A DNA stretch of 64,000 nt from Octopus vulgaris (GCA_951406725.2 OX597818.1:125612001-125676000), one strand, 5' to 3'. Counted from the stretch's first letter, positions 39,764 to 54,373 are shown. Numbers and translations are program-made. Notes: generated from the sequence alone by a model not told the origin.

Positions 39764-41168
39764 AAATATGTATGTATAAACATATATATATACCAATAAT
39801 ACAATACGTTCTGTAACATCTGTGTATTTAGTTTCGAACAACATTAAAACAAGCGAAAGACATTAAATTTTAGTGATGTTTTATTACGACAGAGAGGTTT
39901 AGCAGAATTACATTTGATACCACCGTTTGCGAATAAAAAAGATTTCATGTTGCTACAACTGGCGATAACTCGAAATTATATTAACAAAAGATTTAAAATG
40001 AATACGTCTCCTGCTTCTTGAACCTAGGAGGGTATCATTTTAATTAATTAACTGTGCTTTAAACCACCTCATATCCTAACTGTGATACTGACAGTCCTCA
40101 TCAGGCAATTTCCCCATTGTTACATGTACACATGCGCGCACACACACAAACAATCACACACGCACACACATATAAATACATACACACATAGATAGATTGA
40201 CTACACTACTTTATGTTCTATTAAATGTAAGAGCTGAACGTAAGAATACCGTTAACGTTCGAGGGTATAACGTTTATCTGAGGAATTAAATATCATATAG
40301 AGAATGTAGAAATCTTCAACTAAAAGAGTCAATTTAAAGGATAAAGTTTGTTTATTAGTGTATCTCACCCGGTGAGGTAGGTGTCCTCCAGTATGACAAC
40401 AGGAATTTGACGATATGTATACGTGTTGTAAACATTTCCGAATTCAGGTTTGGAAGACGGTATATTTCTTCGTTCTAATTAGGTGATATGCCCTGTTTCA
40501 ACAGACAGATCGAACTGCTGACATATGTCCTTCATTTTTCTACGAGGTTCCTCTCAATGGTGTATGGTATATTGCCATCATCCAACTTTCAGATGTGACA
40601 TGCGAGCTCTGTGCTATTCTTCGAGTCAACATATCTAGGAGAGGACTCATAGTTGAAGCATATTTTTTTGAAGTCACTTTTACATAATCCAGTATGTTGG
40701 TTTGATTTCGCTACTTTGCAGAACGGAGGCAACTTCGGCGTTGTAGATAATTGAGCTACCTATGCATGTCCAGCCTAGTGTGTATGTGAGTGGGATCCAG
40801 AAGTTACGGTCTAGACTAAGAATTTGGGTAGACCTATGTGAAGTAATGGTTTTCGTATACGATTTGCAGCTGTAGGCAACCTTCATTGAACGACTATTAA
40901 AAATTTGCCTATATCTAAGACTATTGGGGAAATAAGTATCTATCAGTACCAAGAATTTATTGCCTACATTAGTTCTAGCATTTAAAGAGAAAGAAGCGGG
41001 CAAACCATATAATTGTATATTGTATATTTGTAAATTTGATTCTTGTTCGGGTTCGGATAGATGAGATTTCTGTAATCTGGACATTATTTTAATGCCTTAT
41101 GGAAATTTTTTTCAGAGGAAGAGAGGTTGGAAATGCTATTGTCAATGTCATCTCATGCAAGAATGTTT

Positions 41169-41245
<77 letters not shown>

Positions 41246-41469
41246 TTCAAAATAGAAAATTACCCTTTAACAGGTAATTTTTACATGCTAGAAATAGCAC
41301 CCAACACGACCAAAAACCACAATTTTATAGCAAATTTCGAAGCAAATGAAAAATAAAAACCTTTACCTTGTTATATAACGGTTATACCATGGTTTCAAAT
41401 TTCTTTAGCAAATAATATTGCTTGCCATTTTTTAATAGATGGCGGTGATACTTATAACGAGTATTCGCC

Positions 41470-41523
<54 letters not shown>

Positions 41524-41840
41524 TATATATGTATGTATACCTAATTTTTCCCATTTGATCTATGGGCATTACAAATATTTGAAGTTCGAGGGAAATATAT
41601 AAGTTAACCTTAGTGAGATTTTAATTACAGTGAGCTTAAAATCTCTACTGCTAAAAACGGCTATAAGGTTTTACCTGAATGAATCTAGAAAATAACCATC
41701 ACTGCCGTGGAATTTCCCCAATACATCATCTCGATATAATCCAATATTACAGAAGGGGAACTTGATTTTTAAGATAACCAGTCGTACTGGTTCGCGTGTA
41801 ACAGCACTGTCATATGAATACGTCAAACATTTTATCTACT
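39227..41840 (-). mobile_element. Old Naiad-like PLE (RT to GIY-YIG to 3' region) plus flank; inverted partner of blocks C, A and B
   Basis: Minus translation near 41750-41720 gives NIGLYRDDVLG. ORF 40680-41084 is the duplicate of 33634-34131. 41520-41610 matches 30861-30950. Confidence 0.85.
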
Positions 41841-42249
41841 TCGGATTTTTGATTCAAACTGATCACTTACTAAAGAGGAGAGTTTTACGTGCGTGCATGA
41901 TTAACTCGATTGCTCTTAGTAAATGGTGACGTATTTCCTGGCGAATTCGATTTCTTTGTCTAGCAATTGCAACGATATTGAGAAGGAAATTCCACTATAT
42001 CAGCTTGTGTGAACTTAGCAGAAACAATACACGTATACATATACGCATACACACACACGCACACACAAACACATATATAGTTAGCTTGATAGATAATATG
42101 TTAGATTACTTCTCTGACGCACAAGGCAGAAACGTCTTCATGGCTACAAATGCACAAGTATAGAAAATATGAAACCTATATTTAGATTTCAATGTGTAGA
42201 CAAAATTTTCAGGTAGAAATATATATTTTTACTTCCATTGTTCCCTCAT

Positions 42250-42470
42250 ATTGGTTTCAACTTTTGGCACAGGGCCACAAGTTCGGGAGGAAGTGGTAAG
42301 TCGATTACATCTACGCCGTCCCCCGGCTCAACTGGTACTTATTTTATCGAGACCGAAAGGATGAATGGCAAAGTCAACATCGACGGAATTTGAACTCAGA
42401 ATGTAAAGACGGACGAAATGCCGCTAAGCATATTGCCCGGCGGGTTAACGAATCTGCCAGCTCGCTGCTT
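42250..42470 (-). mobile_element. SINE family B copy
   Basis: Aligns with 16985-17200. Confidence 0.85.
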
Positions 42471-43034
42471 TGTCTGTTACTCCCTAAAAAAAGGAAATTT
42501 TGTCTTCCTTATTTCTGTAACCAGGCGTTTTTTTTTTTTCAAATTGCATGTGAGCAGTTTTAGCTTTAATTAAAAATACTCATGCCGTAAGGAGGAAGAA
42601 GCTATGTGAGTTCAATATTTAATTATGTTAATCATTCACTAAATGAAGAAATCGATTACTCAGAGAGCGTTTTTATCAATCTGAGGGCTAAGTTAAGTAT
42701 ACATTTCATTAGACTCCCAGATTAATCTCCACTAATTACCAAAATTTTCTTAATTTATTAGTTTGTTAAACAATACCTTTTCCACAACTCATACTCATTT
42801 TCATTAGTTATATTTTCATGTAGGTGACATATTTGTGGCATACCTGTGGTTTTGTAAACAACTACACGTGAATTTGGAATGTTAAATATTTCGTCAATAA
42901 ATTTTAAAATTTGGATATATTTGCTTGTATTCTCTGGATAACTATTGAGCTGTAAGCAAGATAATGAAAGTGTGAAATATATATGAATATATTATATAAC
43001 TGCCAATGTGTGTGTATACATACATATATATGTA

Positions 43035-43069
<35 letters not shown>

Positions 43070-44100
43070 GATACATACATACATACATACATACATACAT
43101 ACATACATACATACATACATACATACATACGGTTTACATATTAAATATAAGTTATATAAGACGTTTACAAGCAGAAATATTTGGAAAGGAAAAAAGTAAA
43201 CATATCATCTAATTGTTTTCTTTACAATTGTAAATAATTAAGCAATGTTTCAAATTTTTGTTCAACCTTTGCCTAATCGGTTACAAATTACGCATTAAAA
43301 GTACGATCTGTAAGATAGCCCGTTCACTGATGCAATTCATATTTAAAATTTTAACCGTAAATCTATAACTTCTGATTAAACATATTCTACGAGATGATAA
43401 CGAGATGATAACGATATATATATACAGAATATAATGATGAAACTTGTTTGTGTTAGACTGCAGTAGAATATCTAATCTGACCATGGTTAAGAGACGATAC
43501 AATTGTAAGTGATTCCCTTGTGTTATTTGTTGATGTAATGCTGTCAGCCTATACAAGTAAAACGTTCAGTTAGATTAATTTGGCAGGTGAGTATGAAATG
43601 ATCTCTTTCGTGTGGTCTTGAATCTATAGCCTTGACTGCAATAGGTTCGAGATCCCATGAGAAGGAGATTCTTTTCTTTTTACTGTCATAGATCACTTGA
43701 TGTGAAAGTTTGATGCACACACAAAGTAAGCACACACTAAACACACACACATGCAGAGACATTCGCGCACACATTATTCGAAACCAAGCGCGTCGTGTTT
43801 GAAATTAGATTTACAAACAGATTAACTCTAGCATATTTTAAAACAAATTTAACCTTCCTGTGAAACTAAACCCCTAGTTTAACTACGTTTGTTTATATTT
43901 TTTATCTTTCATTTGTTTCATTCATTAGATTGCGGCCAGGCTGGGGCACCGCCTTGAAGAAATTTAGTCGAACGGATCGACCCCAGTTATTTTGTTTTTT
44001 TTAAACCTTGTACTTATTCTGTCGGTTTCTTGCAAAATTATTGGGAGCGTAAAAACACCAATACCGATTGTCAAGTGGTGATAGTAACAATTATTAATAT

Positions 44101-44164
44101 CCACTACGATCGTTTCATGTCTTCTTTTCATCACATCTTTGAGTAGTAGACATTCTTCAGGTGG
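44101..44164 (-). ncRNA. Canonical type-I hammerhead in the Naiad-like 3' region
   Basis: Reverse complement of 46392-46455. Confidence 0.88.
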
Positions 44165-45357
44165 TTTCAAATCAGACTCAATATTCAATAAACCATAAAT
44201 ATTTATTATTCAGTAATAAAATATTTAGTAATAAAATATTTATTAATACAATGAAAAAACCATCTATAATCTAACTATAATTAAAAACAGAACCTAAATA
44301 ACTAAAATAAATTATTATAATATGTACTACATATCACTTAATATATTTATAATACTAGAACATAAACCAAAAATAGGGAGCTATTTAAGGCTAATAAAAA
44401 ATTATTATTTATCAAGAAACTTATTTTATAAGTAAAGTAACTTGTGTCTGCATTTTATTTTGCGTTCATCACCAGTATTCAGTAAATTATCATGCTTATA
44501 ACATAAAATTTCCTTAAACTCATTAGAGCACAAAAAAACAAAATTCGCTCCTATAGTATATGATTTAGTTTTACTATTATTTCCCAAGATAAATTATAAT
44601 TAATATTTTGGGATTTAAGTCTCCAAATGTACTTGCTAAGTCCAGTGGAGTTGATTAAGTTTTTATTTTTAAAAGAATTCAAATGTTGTGCGATTCTTAA
44701 TTTTATTTTAGAGGAAGTGGACCCTATATATATCGCGTTTGAGTTATTATTATTCTTAAAATTCTTATCATGTAATGTAACTATACATTTATACACTACA
44801 TCATTAATATCACATTTATTATTTAATTTACATTTAGATTTATCTCTACATGTACAGTTAATTTTATAAAAATTATTTAGTTTAAATTTGTTAAAAGAAG
44901 AAATAATGTTACCTACACCATTAGTGGTGGAATAACCTACTCCAAAATTATTACTAGAGAAAATGTTTTTATATTTACGATTATCTCGAATAAATAGTTC
45001 AATAATATCTAAAATCTCTTTAATAATATTCGTTTTAACTTGAGCACCATAAGGAACTATTAACCAAATTTTATTTTTATTTACCTTCTTATTATTAAAA
45101 CTGTCATTATTATTGTTGTAATTATATTTCTTTATCATATTAATATTATTACTATTATCAGATTTATATCTATGTACAACATTTAAAGAATTATTAAAGT
45201 TATTAATTTTATTATTATTATTATTATTATTTTTATTTTTACTTTTAGTCTTATTTTTATTTATATTATTTTTATTTTTATAAATTCTAATATTTTTACC
45301 ACTATTACTAACAAAATTATTATAATTATTATTAATATTTTTATCTCTAAAATTATT

Positions 45358-45760
45358 AGTGGCTGTGTGGTAAGTAGCTTGCTAACCAACCACATGGTTC
45401 CGGGTTCAGTCCCACTGCGTGGCATCTTGGGCAAGTGTCGTCTACTATAGCCCCGGGCCGACCAATGCCTTGTGAGTGGATTTGGTAGACGGAAACTGAA
45501 AGAAGCCTGTCGTATATATGTATATATATATATATATGTGTATGTTTGTGTGTCTGTGTTTGTCCCCCTAGCATTGCTTGACAACCGATGCTTGTGTGTT
45601 TACGCCCCCGTCACTTAGCGGTTCGGCAAAAGAAACCGATAGAATAAGTACAGGGCTTACAAAGAATAAGTCCCGGGGTCGATTTGCTCGACTAAAGGCG
45701 GTGCTCCAGCATGGCCGCAGTCAAATGACTGAAACAAGTAAAAGAGTAAAAGAGTAAGAG
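45358..45760 (+). mobile_element. SINE family A inserted in the PLE
   Basis: Near-identical to 4538-4946. Confidence 0.9.
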
Positions 45761-46391
45761 TATATCTTTATCATTATTTTTATTATAAAATTTAATATTA
45801 CTATTATAACCTGCCTCTCTAAGGGCCTCATTTTAATAAGGAGCATGTTTATTAAAAATCTCTATATCATAAGAAAGTAATGATATACGTTTACTTATAT
45901 TATTAATCAACTATTTTTTAATTGAAGGTGGGTGATTACTATTAACATTTATATATCTAAGGCTCTCATTAATTTTATGATATGGTTGTGTTTTACCTGT
46001 AATTAGATTAAAATTTTACCTGTAATTAGATCTAAATAATTAACATTAGAATTCTCATTATATAGTGATACTTAAACCATATCTTTTAAAGAAACTATAA
46101 AGTTTCTTCTTATATACTTCTAGGTTCCTATTAGTGCAATTCTTAGTAATTAGCAGAAGGTCATCCCTATATAAATCACCCTCTATCTTTAAATTTTCTA
46201 ATTGGAGTTCAGATAAAAGATAAATACCTACTAAATCCGTAGCTTGTGCAGAATCAGGTGCTCCCATATGTATATAAAAAAAATCCCTAGTATCTTTCCT
46301 AGCCCATAATTTATTTTTATATTTAATGAGCGATTTCCTAGCCATTTAATAAATATTTAATGGTTTATTGAATATTGAGTCTGATTTGAAA

Positions 46392-46455
46392 CCACCTGAA
46401 GAATGTCTACTACTCAAAGATATGATGAAAAGAAGACATGAAACGATCGTAGTGG
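46392..46455 (+). ncRNA. Canonical type-I hammerhead (GUA site at 46451)
   Basis: CCAC-CTGAAGA-ATGTCT..AGACAT-GAA-ACGATCGT-A-GTGG. Confidence 0.9.
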
Positions 46456-46647
46456 ATATTAATAATTGTTAAATTTCTAAATAATATAAATTAATTTATG
46501 TATTGGCTTAAATCTTTCTTTGTTTGATTTGCATAATAGTGGTTTTGTCTCTAATTTAATATAATATAATATTTTACTATAAAATTGGATTCAATCCTAA
46601 ATCTGATTTTTCCCTGTAAGTTTGGATTTATTCCCTAATATTTATTA

Positions 46648-46703
<56 letters not shown>

Positions 46704-46794
46704 TATATAACAAAGACATATATACACATATACTACAAGACTAACCTGGAGCAGATACATAATACATACATGCATACATACATACATACATACA

Positions 46795-46828
<34 letters not shown>

Positions 46829-47317
46829 CATAAATACATACATACATAAATACATACATACTTACATATATACATACACACACATACTCACACACAGTAA
46901 CACACACAAGCACTCAAACACACATACACACAACTGGTATATGGAATGTATTACCACGAAAGTAATGTATTAACAGGAAATCGAAGAAGAAAAAAATGTT
47001 TTACACATCATATTAGAACGGGACTTATATTTAATAACGTTATCAAATGCATGACATTAAATCACCAAATGTTGACCTGTTCACACATCATTATATCACT
47101 GATATCGGTTGATATCGGATATACCTCCGTTCAGATATATTCTCATCAGGAGATTTGTGCAACGGCTAAATTTCTTATAATAATAATCTAACCCTTAACA
47201 CCTATACTCTCTCCAGATTTCAATCACGAAACAGTACACCACTTAAGATCGCACTCACGCACGCACACGCGGACACATGCATACACATATATACGTATAT
47301 ATTTATGTGTGTGTATA

Positions 47318-47387
<70 letters not shown>

Positions 47388-47479
47388 CGTGTGTGTGTGT
47401 GCGTGTGTGCGTGTGTGTGTGTTTGTGTTCGTGCGTACATGCGTATTATGCTTCTCTTTACATATAAATATATGAATAC

Positions 47480-47521
<42 letters not shown>

Positions 47522-47545
47522 GCATATATATGTATATATATATAT

Positions 47546-48310
47546 AAAATTACAAATTGAGATAGGGGTTATGAGTGCAACCCACCATGGGATAACATGT
47601 ATCCAATATACTGCTAGTAAAGCACCCAACAAAGCTAATACATAGATATTAAGAATTGCGATGCAATTAATTCATTCACTGTATTATATGGGCAAAGGTA
47701 AAATGTCTTACCACAAATTAATAATACAAAATAAGGAAATGGAGAAATACATCTTAATCAATAATCAACTACCAGATAATGCCCAATCACATAATTTATT
47801 AAACCACTACATATGAACATTAAGGCCAAACATAATAATATAGAAGAAAACAAAGTACATCAATAAGATACAATAAGTACAATATGTATAATTGAGTATA
47901 AATAAATACAAATATAAATGTATACTACATCTTACAGCTGTTTCATACTATTGTATGGGTGTACCTCCTCTGATTTTCATATTTATTTTAGTTTGTTCTT
48001 CATAATCTCTGAAGAGGCCTTGGGATATTTTTGTAAGTGTCTCATTTATAACTACATATTAACCTATCACACATGAATAATATGAGCATAATGAGGCACC
48101 CATATCTGCATGGCTGAAACAGCTGTAAGATGTAGTATATATTTATATTTGTATTTATTTATATTCAATTATACATATTGTTTTCTTCTATATTATTATG
48201 TTTGACCTTAATGTTCATATGTAGTGGTTTAATAAATTATGTGATTGGGCATTATCTGGTAGTTGATTATTGATTAAGATGTATTTCTCCATTTCCTTAT
48301 TTTGTATATT
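47546..48310. mobile_element. PLE-type remnant with inverted repeat (47724-47945 / 48115-48308) between (TA)n tracts
   Basis: The arms are reverse complements apart from one ~28-bp indel, and contain an HHR. Confidence 0.8.
48005..48131 (+). ncRNA. Canonical type-I hammerhead with ~100-nt stem II
   Basis: ATCT-CTGAAGA-GGCC..GTGTCTCATT..AATGAGGCAC..GGCT-GAA-ACAGCTGT-A-AGAT. Confidence 0.8.
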
Positions 48311-48316
48311 TATATG

Positions 48317-48379
<63 letters not shown>

Positions 48380-49997
48380 TACATATACATGCATACAGAT
48401 ATACGCACACATACAAACCACACGTTTAGACACACGCGCTCAGACGTACACGCCGATATCGATGTTGTAATAGACAAATCTTTTACCAAGTGGAGAAATA
48501 ATGTGAGCTAGCCTTAACTTGGGATGAAGGCTTGGTTAAAGACACACCTCATCGAGAGCTTCTTGTTTCCCTTATATCCACCCCTTTGTTTTTCATCATT
48601 GTGTAATGTTTGACAGCATGGGCACAACGTGGTGACGATAATGCCGTTACCAACAGAATTATCAGCTTAAGGAAATGCGAACGTGCAATTTCATACAATC
48701 CAAACTTAGCGATGTTTTGACTCAGTAGTAATTATATCTTGAATAGAAATGTATACTTTCGACTGTGTTATAAGGGGCCTCCGTCGGTCAAGGTTAGACA
48801 TTTATCTGCACATGTATGTGCAGACCTGAGCTAGATGTTTTGAGGAAATCTGTCTGTTTCCAATGCAAAGAAGTCTCCTCGATCTACACATCTAGGGTTT
48901 ATGTTAAATTAAATATTTGGGCCGATGCAGCATGGCATCAGTGTCATTGCGTTTCTACCAGAACGCAAAAAGCCGTCATCACTCTGATGCCAGCGAGCAA
49001 ACCGAAACTTCGAAATCACTGTCAACCTTTTTCTAGCAAAATCTAACCCTCACATACATATATAACTTTGAAGCAATATTACTGTGTCGAAAAGAAGCGC
49101 ATCACATTACTATTTAGGAACAGGTTCTTCCTATGATAAAGATGTTTCAAACTATGGATGTAACAATTAACCGCAGCGATTGCGGTCAGAATATATTTCT
49201 AGTATATGTAATAGAGCTGGACAATGGCTTAGAGCGCTACGAACTGCAAATAAGCTGGACAAAGAAAGACACGCAACCATTTACAACACACGAATCCGAA
49301 GCTTCATGTATTGACTACGCTGAATGAATGCTTTACAAACCAGACGGCGGATCATTGCAGTTAATAAAGCTGATGAAGCGAATAAAACTCGTTATCAGCA
49401 ATTCTTAAACCAGTAGGCAGATACATAGAGGAACTGGGAACAATGATACCAAAAACGTGCAAAAGCAACGTCTTATAAGGCCTTGTATATTCATGCCTGT
49501 GGATTTCATCGCATTTGCCAATACTCAAATTTTATTCTACTCAGTAAATTAAAGAATTATTTTGATATTTTTAAAGTGTTATTAATATACTGGCTTCAAA
49601 TGTTAGCAAAAGGTCAGAAATTCTGGAGATGGGGTAAGTCAATTGCATCGGCCTATGTGTTCGACCCCTGGAATAATGAAAGGTAACGTCGGCCAAGGTG
49701 GAATTGTAACTGAGAACGTAAACACTGACGAAATGCCGCTATGCTAACCATTCAGCCAGCTCATCGCCTTAGAGCGTATGTTAATATATAGCGCGACTAT
49801 TCGTATTTTAAATGTTGTGTAATTCAAAATATCTTAACAATTCGATTTCTGACAACAAAAACATATTAGTTTTTCCCATAGGCTTAAGATCAAATTTCAT
49901 TGAACCAATATATTCGTTTTTTATTTGCGTGTAAGGTCATTGGTTTTTAAAAATAGATAAAACAAGCGTTTATTAATTGCAATCTATGTAACGTTAG

Positions 49998-50038
<41 letters not shown>

Positions 50039-50054
50039 ATTTCGGGATGGTCAT

Positions 50055-50154
<100 letters not shown>

Positions 50155-50337
50155 ATATATTTTTTGCCAAATAAACGCACGCACTAAATATATATTTTTC
50201 CTTCCTTCACTCTTTTATTACTATTTTTATTATTTTAGCGCCTGTCCTTTGTCCAGAAATCTTTCCTTACACATCTGTCACCTCTTCACTAAATGATGAG
50301 AGAATTCGATGCGTAGAGGTGATGTGTATCGAATTAA

Positions 50338-50375
50338 TATAAAAGCTAGCTATTGGTTGGCAAACACGTCAGTAA
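50338..50375 (+). promoter_or_regulatory. Candidate Pol II core promoter (TATA + Inr)
   Basis: TATAAAAG at 50338-50345 and TCAGT at 50369-50373, with the A 33 nt after the first T. In unique sequence. Confidence 0.45.
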
Positions 50376-50545
50376 GATTCAAACACATTGTCTTAATTGT
50401 ACGTGAGTAAACTGCAATAGAAGAAGCATAAAGAACTATTTACGTCGTGTAGTTTTTAATTTATTTATTTATCAGTCGTGTCGTAGCTCTTGTTTGCTGT
50501 CAGGTTGTCATCTGCTTCCTACATTTTATATAATACTCAACCAAG
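50371..50545 (+). other. Candidate non-coding first exon
   Basis: ATG-free, ends in the strong donor AAG|GTAAGC. Splicing to 58568 gives CCAAG-ATG (A at -3). Confidence 0.45.
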
Positions 50546-50606
50546 GTAAGCGATCTTTCTTTTTACACATATTTTATCATTTCTTGCTACTCAAGTACTT
50601 TTTGTA

Positions 50607-50670
<64 letters not shown>

Positions 50671-50694
50671 ATACAAATATATATACATACATAT

Positions 50695-50747
<53 letters not shown>

Positions 50748-50799
50748 ATATATATATCTTTAGATTCATATGTTTTAATATATATATATTTTTTTTTCT

Positions 50800-53030
50800 T
50801 GTTTCAGCTCAGAGCTGCGGCCATGCTGATGCACCACCGTTTTGTGCTACACTGTTATTACGACGAATCTCGTCTAATATGTGGCACTTGGTGAAGAATG
50901 GAGTTTGATATAGCTTCTCTCATTTGCACCTCTTGCCGTGAGGTAGGTTCATCGTGGAATCTTGACAGAAAGATGTCCAGCTTTGATTTAAAAACCGCTA
51001 CATCTACTTTGTGCAAGTTCCTCAGACTCTTTGGGAGAATATTAAAAAGCTGTGGGCCCTTGAAACCCAGGCTGTTGCTAAAGCTGGTCCTGAAGCGTGA
51101 TGGCATTGCTGGGATCTTTGGCACTATGCAGTGTCTTCCCGTTCTAGCATTGGTGTAGCTTACAATGCCAAAATTTGGCACAATTCCTTCCAGGATCTTC
51201 CAGACATATATTACTGCATACCTCTCCCGTCTTCTCTCCAGGGAGCAGAGTCTTAGCTGTTTCAACATTTCCCAGTAGCTGAGCTGTTGCAAAGAGACAA
51301 TCTTTTTTGTGAATCTTCTCTGGATTGCTTCAAGGCCCGCTGTTAATGTTACACTGGTGGGTGACCATAGCTGTGAGCAGTAATCCAGGTGTCTGAGGAC
51401 GAATGTCCGCCAGAGGACCATCATGGTTTCCTTATCTCTGGTTCTGAATGTTCTTAGGATCCACCCAGCCAGTCGTCTGCACTTTGTCGCCATCCTGGTA
51501 ATGTGCACTTGGAAAGAGGTATCATCACTCATGTCGATACCCAGGTCCCTCACAGACTTAGGCTCTGGGATTGAAATTCCCTGTGGACCGGTGCATCCTG
51601 TAAGTTTAATATTCAGTTTTGGATGCTGGTAGCGCAGGGCCTGGAATTTTTCAGCATTAAACTGCATATTATTATCCTCAGCCCATCTGTAGATTGAGTC
51701 CAACTCCTGCTGCAGGTGTGCAACATCGCTGGGGTTCTGTATTTTCTGCGAGGCTTTCTTATCGTCTGCATAGCTGGCCAGAGTGGCTATCCGGGCATTT
51801 GAGGGCATATCTGAGAGGGCCACTATAAAAAGCAGTGGTCCCAAGACAGTGCCCTGTGGAACACCGCTCACTATTTGTGTGTTCATAGAGGTGGCTCCAT
51901 TAACCACTACTGCCTGACTCCTATCTTTCAGGAAGACATGCAACCACACTCCAAGTTTTCCAGCTATGCCGAGGTCACGCAGTTTGTGGCATATCATATC
52001 ATGATCCATCTTGTCAAAAGGTAGATTACGTCCATATTTGATTTGTTGAGTAACTGCCTCAACACCCAGTCATAATGCTGTAAGAGCTGGGTCAGGCAGC
52101 TCCTACCTGGTCGAAAACCATGCTGGGTATCACTCAGCAAGTTATTTTCCTCAAGGAATGCGATTAGTTTCTTTCTGACTATCCGTTCCATGACTTTGCT
52201 GATGTGTGAAGTCAGAGAGATAGGCCTATAGTGTTTGGCATCTGCTCTACTTCCCCCTTTATGTATTGGGCATATTATTTATTCCCTCCTTCAGCTTGCC
52301 TGGCAGTTTGCCATTCGCAAGAAATCTCAGGAAGAGAATCTTGAGGAGTTTTGCCAGGGCATGCTTACACGCTTTGAGGAGGATGGCTGGGAAACCATCT
52401 GGACCAGCAGCTGAGTTTGTGTCCACTTCATCTATGGCTAGTAGGACATCTTTCTCGCTAATGTCAATACATTCTATTGTAACCGCCTCGCTGGTTATAG
52501 GTGAGGCGGCAAAGATGTCCACTGGTTCGTTCACTTGTCTGTGTTCCAACGGGGTGGTAAAGACACTTTTGAACTGGTTATTCAGCATCTCACTGATCTT
52601 AGTTGGACTGTCTGTGAGGGAGCCATCCTTTTGGAGGAGGGGTCCTATCTTGTAGTGCACTGAGACTGTTTCTTTCGCGTAATGAAAGAAGGTCTTTAGG
52701 TTTGATTTAATGGTTTTTATAACCCAGGCTTCTTTGTCTGCTTTCTCCTTCACATAGGATTGTTGCAGCCTTTTTTCGATCTCGATCAGTGTTGTTTTTA
52801 GGCGGGACGTTTCGCTACTTTTGGGATGTTGGTTGAGACGATTTGCAACCTTCGTCCGTCGTCTCATGAGGATCTTCCTGTCTCTTGGAATCTTGCTCCC
52901 ATTTGTTTTGGCCTTGTGCTCTGGGACATATTTCTGGCATACGGCTTGCACAGAAGACATGAAACATTCTAGTTTCAAGTCAATGTCGGGTGTGGAGAGA
53001 CATTCCGGCCACTCCTCTCTGAGGATCTCT
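50800..53030 (-). mobile_element. 5'-truncated CR1/L2-group LINE, RT frameshifted
   Basis: ORFs 52259-53113, 51994-52191 and 50858-52009: AAGPDG, QHGFRPGRSC, GVPQGTVLGPLLF, YADD, LDYCSQLWSP, LERRRERY. Confidence 0.95.
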
Positions 53031-53548
53031 TTTTTCGTACTTGGACTTCGTTGGTTATAGTTAAATGCATGATCGCAGTAGATTGATGCTGACAGGATCC
53101 GATCCATAAACATAGATGTTCTATGAAGAATGCTAAATACTGCTTGAAGGATGAATGTAATGAGCCATTATTGAATTTGTCAAGACCACAAGATTCTCTC
53201 TAATCTTCTCCCCATCTCTTCCTTCCCCTGCTTCTCCCTCACCTTCTCTGTTTCCTTCCCTCTCTATCACCCACTCTCACTGTGTTTGCGCGTGCTACAT
53301 ACATACGTACAAACATAGTACATACATACATACATACATACATACATACAGACAGACAGACAGACAGACAGACAGGCAGACATAGTACACCTGAAATCAT
53401 GGTGACTAAAACATGGATACTATGGAAAAATCTTCAGTGTCATATTTGAAAGTCTTAGTGATTATATCGAAATAATGACATACCTATAAAGTTTTTCGAA
53501 ATGTAAATATTTCCATTTTGCACCTGTTTCAAATATAAAATTTGTCTG

Positions 53549-53653
<105 letters not shown>

Positions 53654-53830
53654 TTTTCTTTCTTTCTTTCTTTCTTTTAGTCATCGAGTCGTGGACAGGG
53701 TAGGGTACTATCTTCAAGGGTTTCATCGAGGGGAACGATTTTCACCCTTATTCTATTTTTAATAAATATTCTATCGGTCTTTTGTGGAATGGTTTAAATT
53801 ACGGGAACACAAGAAAACTAGCAATGCTTG

Positions 53831-53870
<40 letters not shown>

Positions 53871-53876
53871 GCACAA

Positions 53877-53931
<55 letters not shown>

Positions 53932-54373
53932 TTTTATTTTTTACTTGTTTCAACCTTAAGACAGTGGCCATTCTGGGGAATCACTTACAAGGCTTGTGGT
54001 CGAACAAATCAATCACAGTAGATACATATTAGGCCTGGCACTTATTCTACCGGTTACTTTTTGCCGAACCGCTACATTACGGGGGCGCAAACAAACCATC
54101 ACCGGTTGCCAAGCTGTGGCTATGGACAAACACAAAGAAACACACATGCAACTTATTTACAAGATGTTATTTATCTCTGGAGAGCAAAAAGAAGTGAAAT
54201 TAAATATCAGGAGTATTGCCTGTCTAAAATGGATTTGCGATTAAGTGACCTTCTTGCATTTCACAAGATCCTTGGTGATTCAGCTGCAACGATTACATCT
54301 AAAATGAATTTATATCTGTACGCAAGCAATAATAAATCTCTGAACGAGATGTAAACAGTAACTGCACGACAAT

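Larger units (their letters stand above)
44087..46650 (-). mobile_element. 5'-truncated Naiad-like Penelope element with inverted pLTR (46348-46650), interrupted by a SINE
   Basis: RT: MGAPDSAQATDLVGIYLL..LYRDDLL. EN: CTCRDKSKC..C..VVYKC..YIGST..R..H..SF..TGLSKYIW..LLN..CRHK. 44087-44215 is inverted at 46348-46470. Confidence 0.92.

Noticed and set aside
50858-52009. 383-aa ORF as a host gene
   Set aside because: LINE RT fragment with upstream frameshifts and a retroposon tail.
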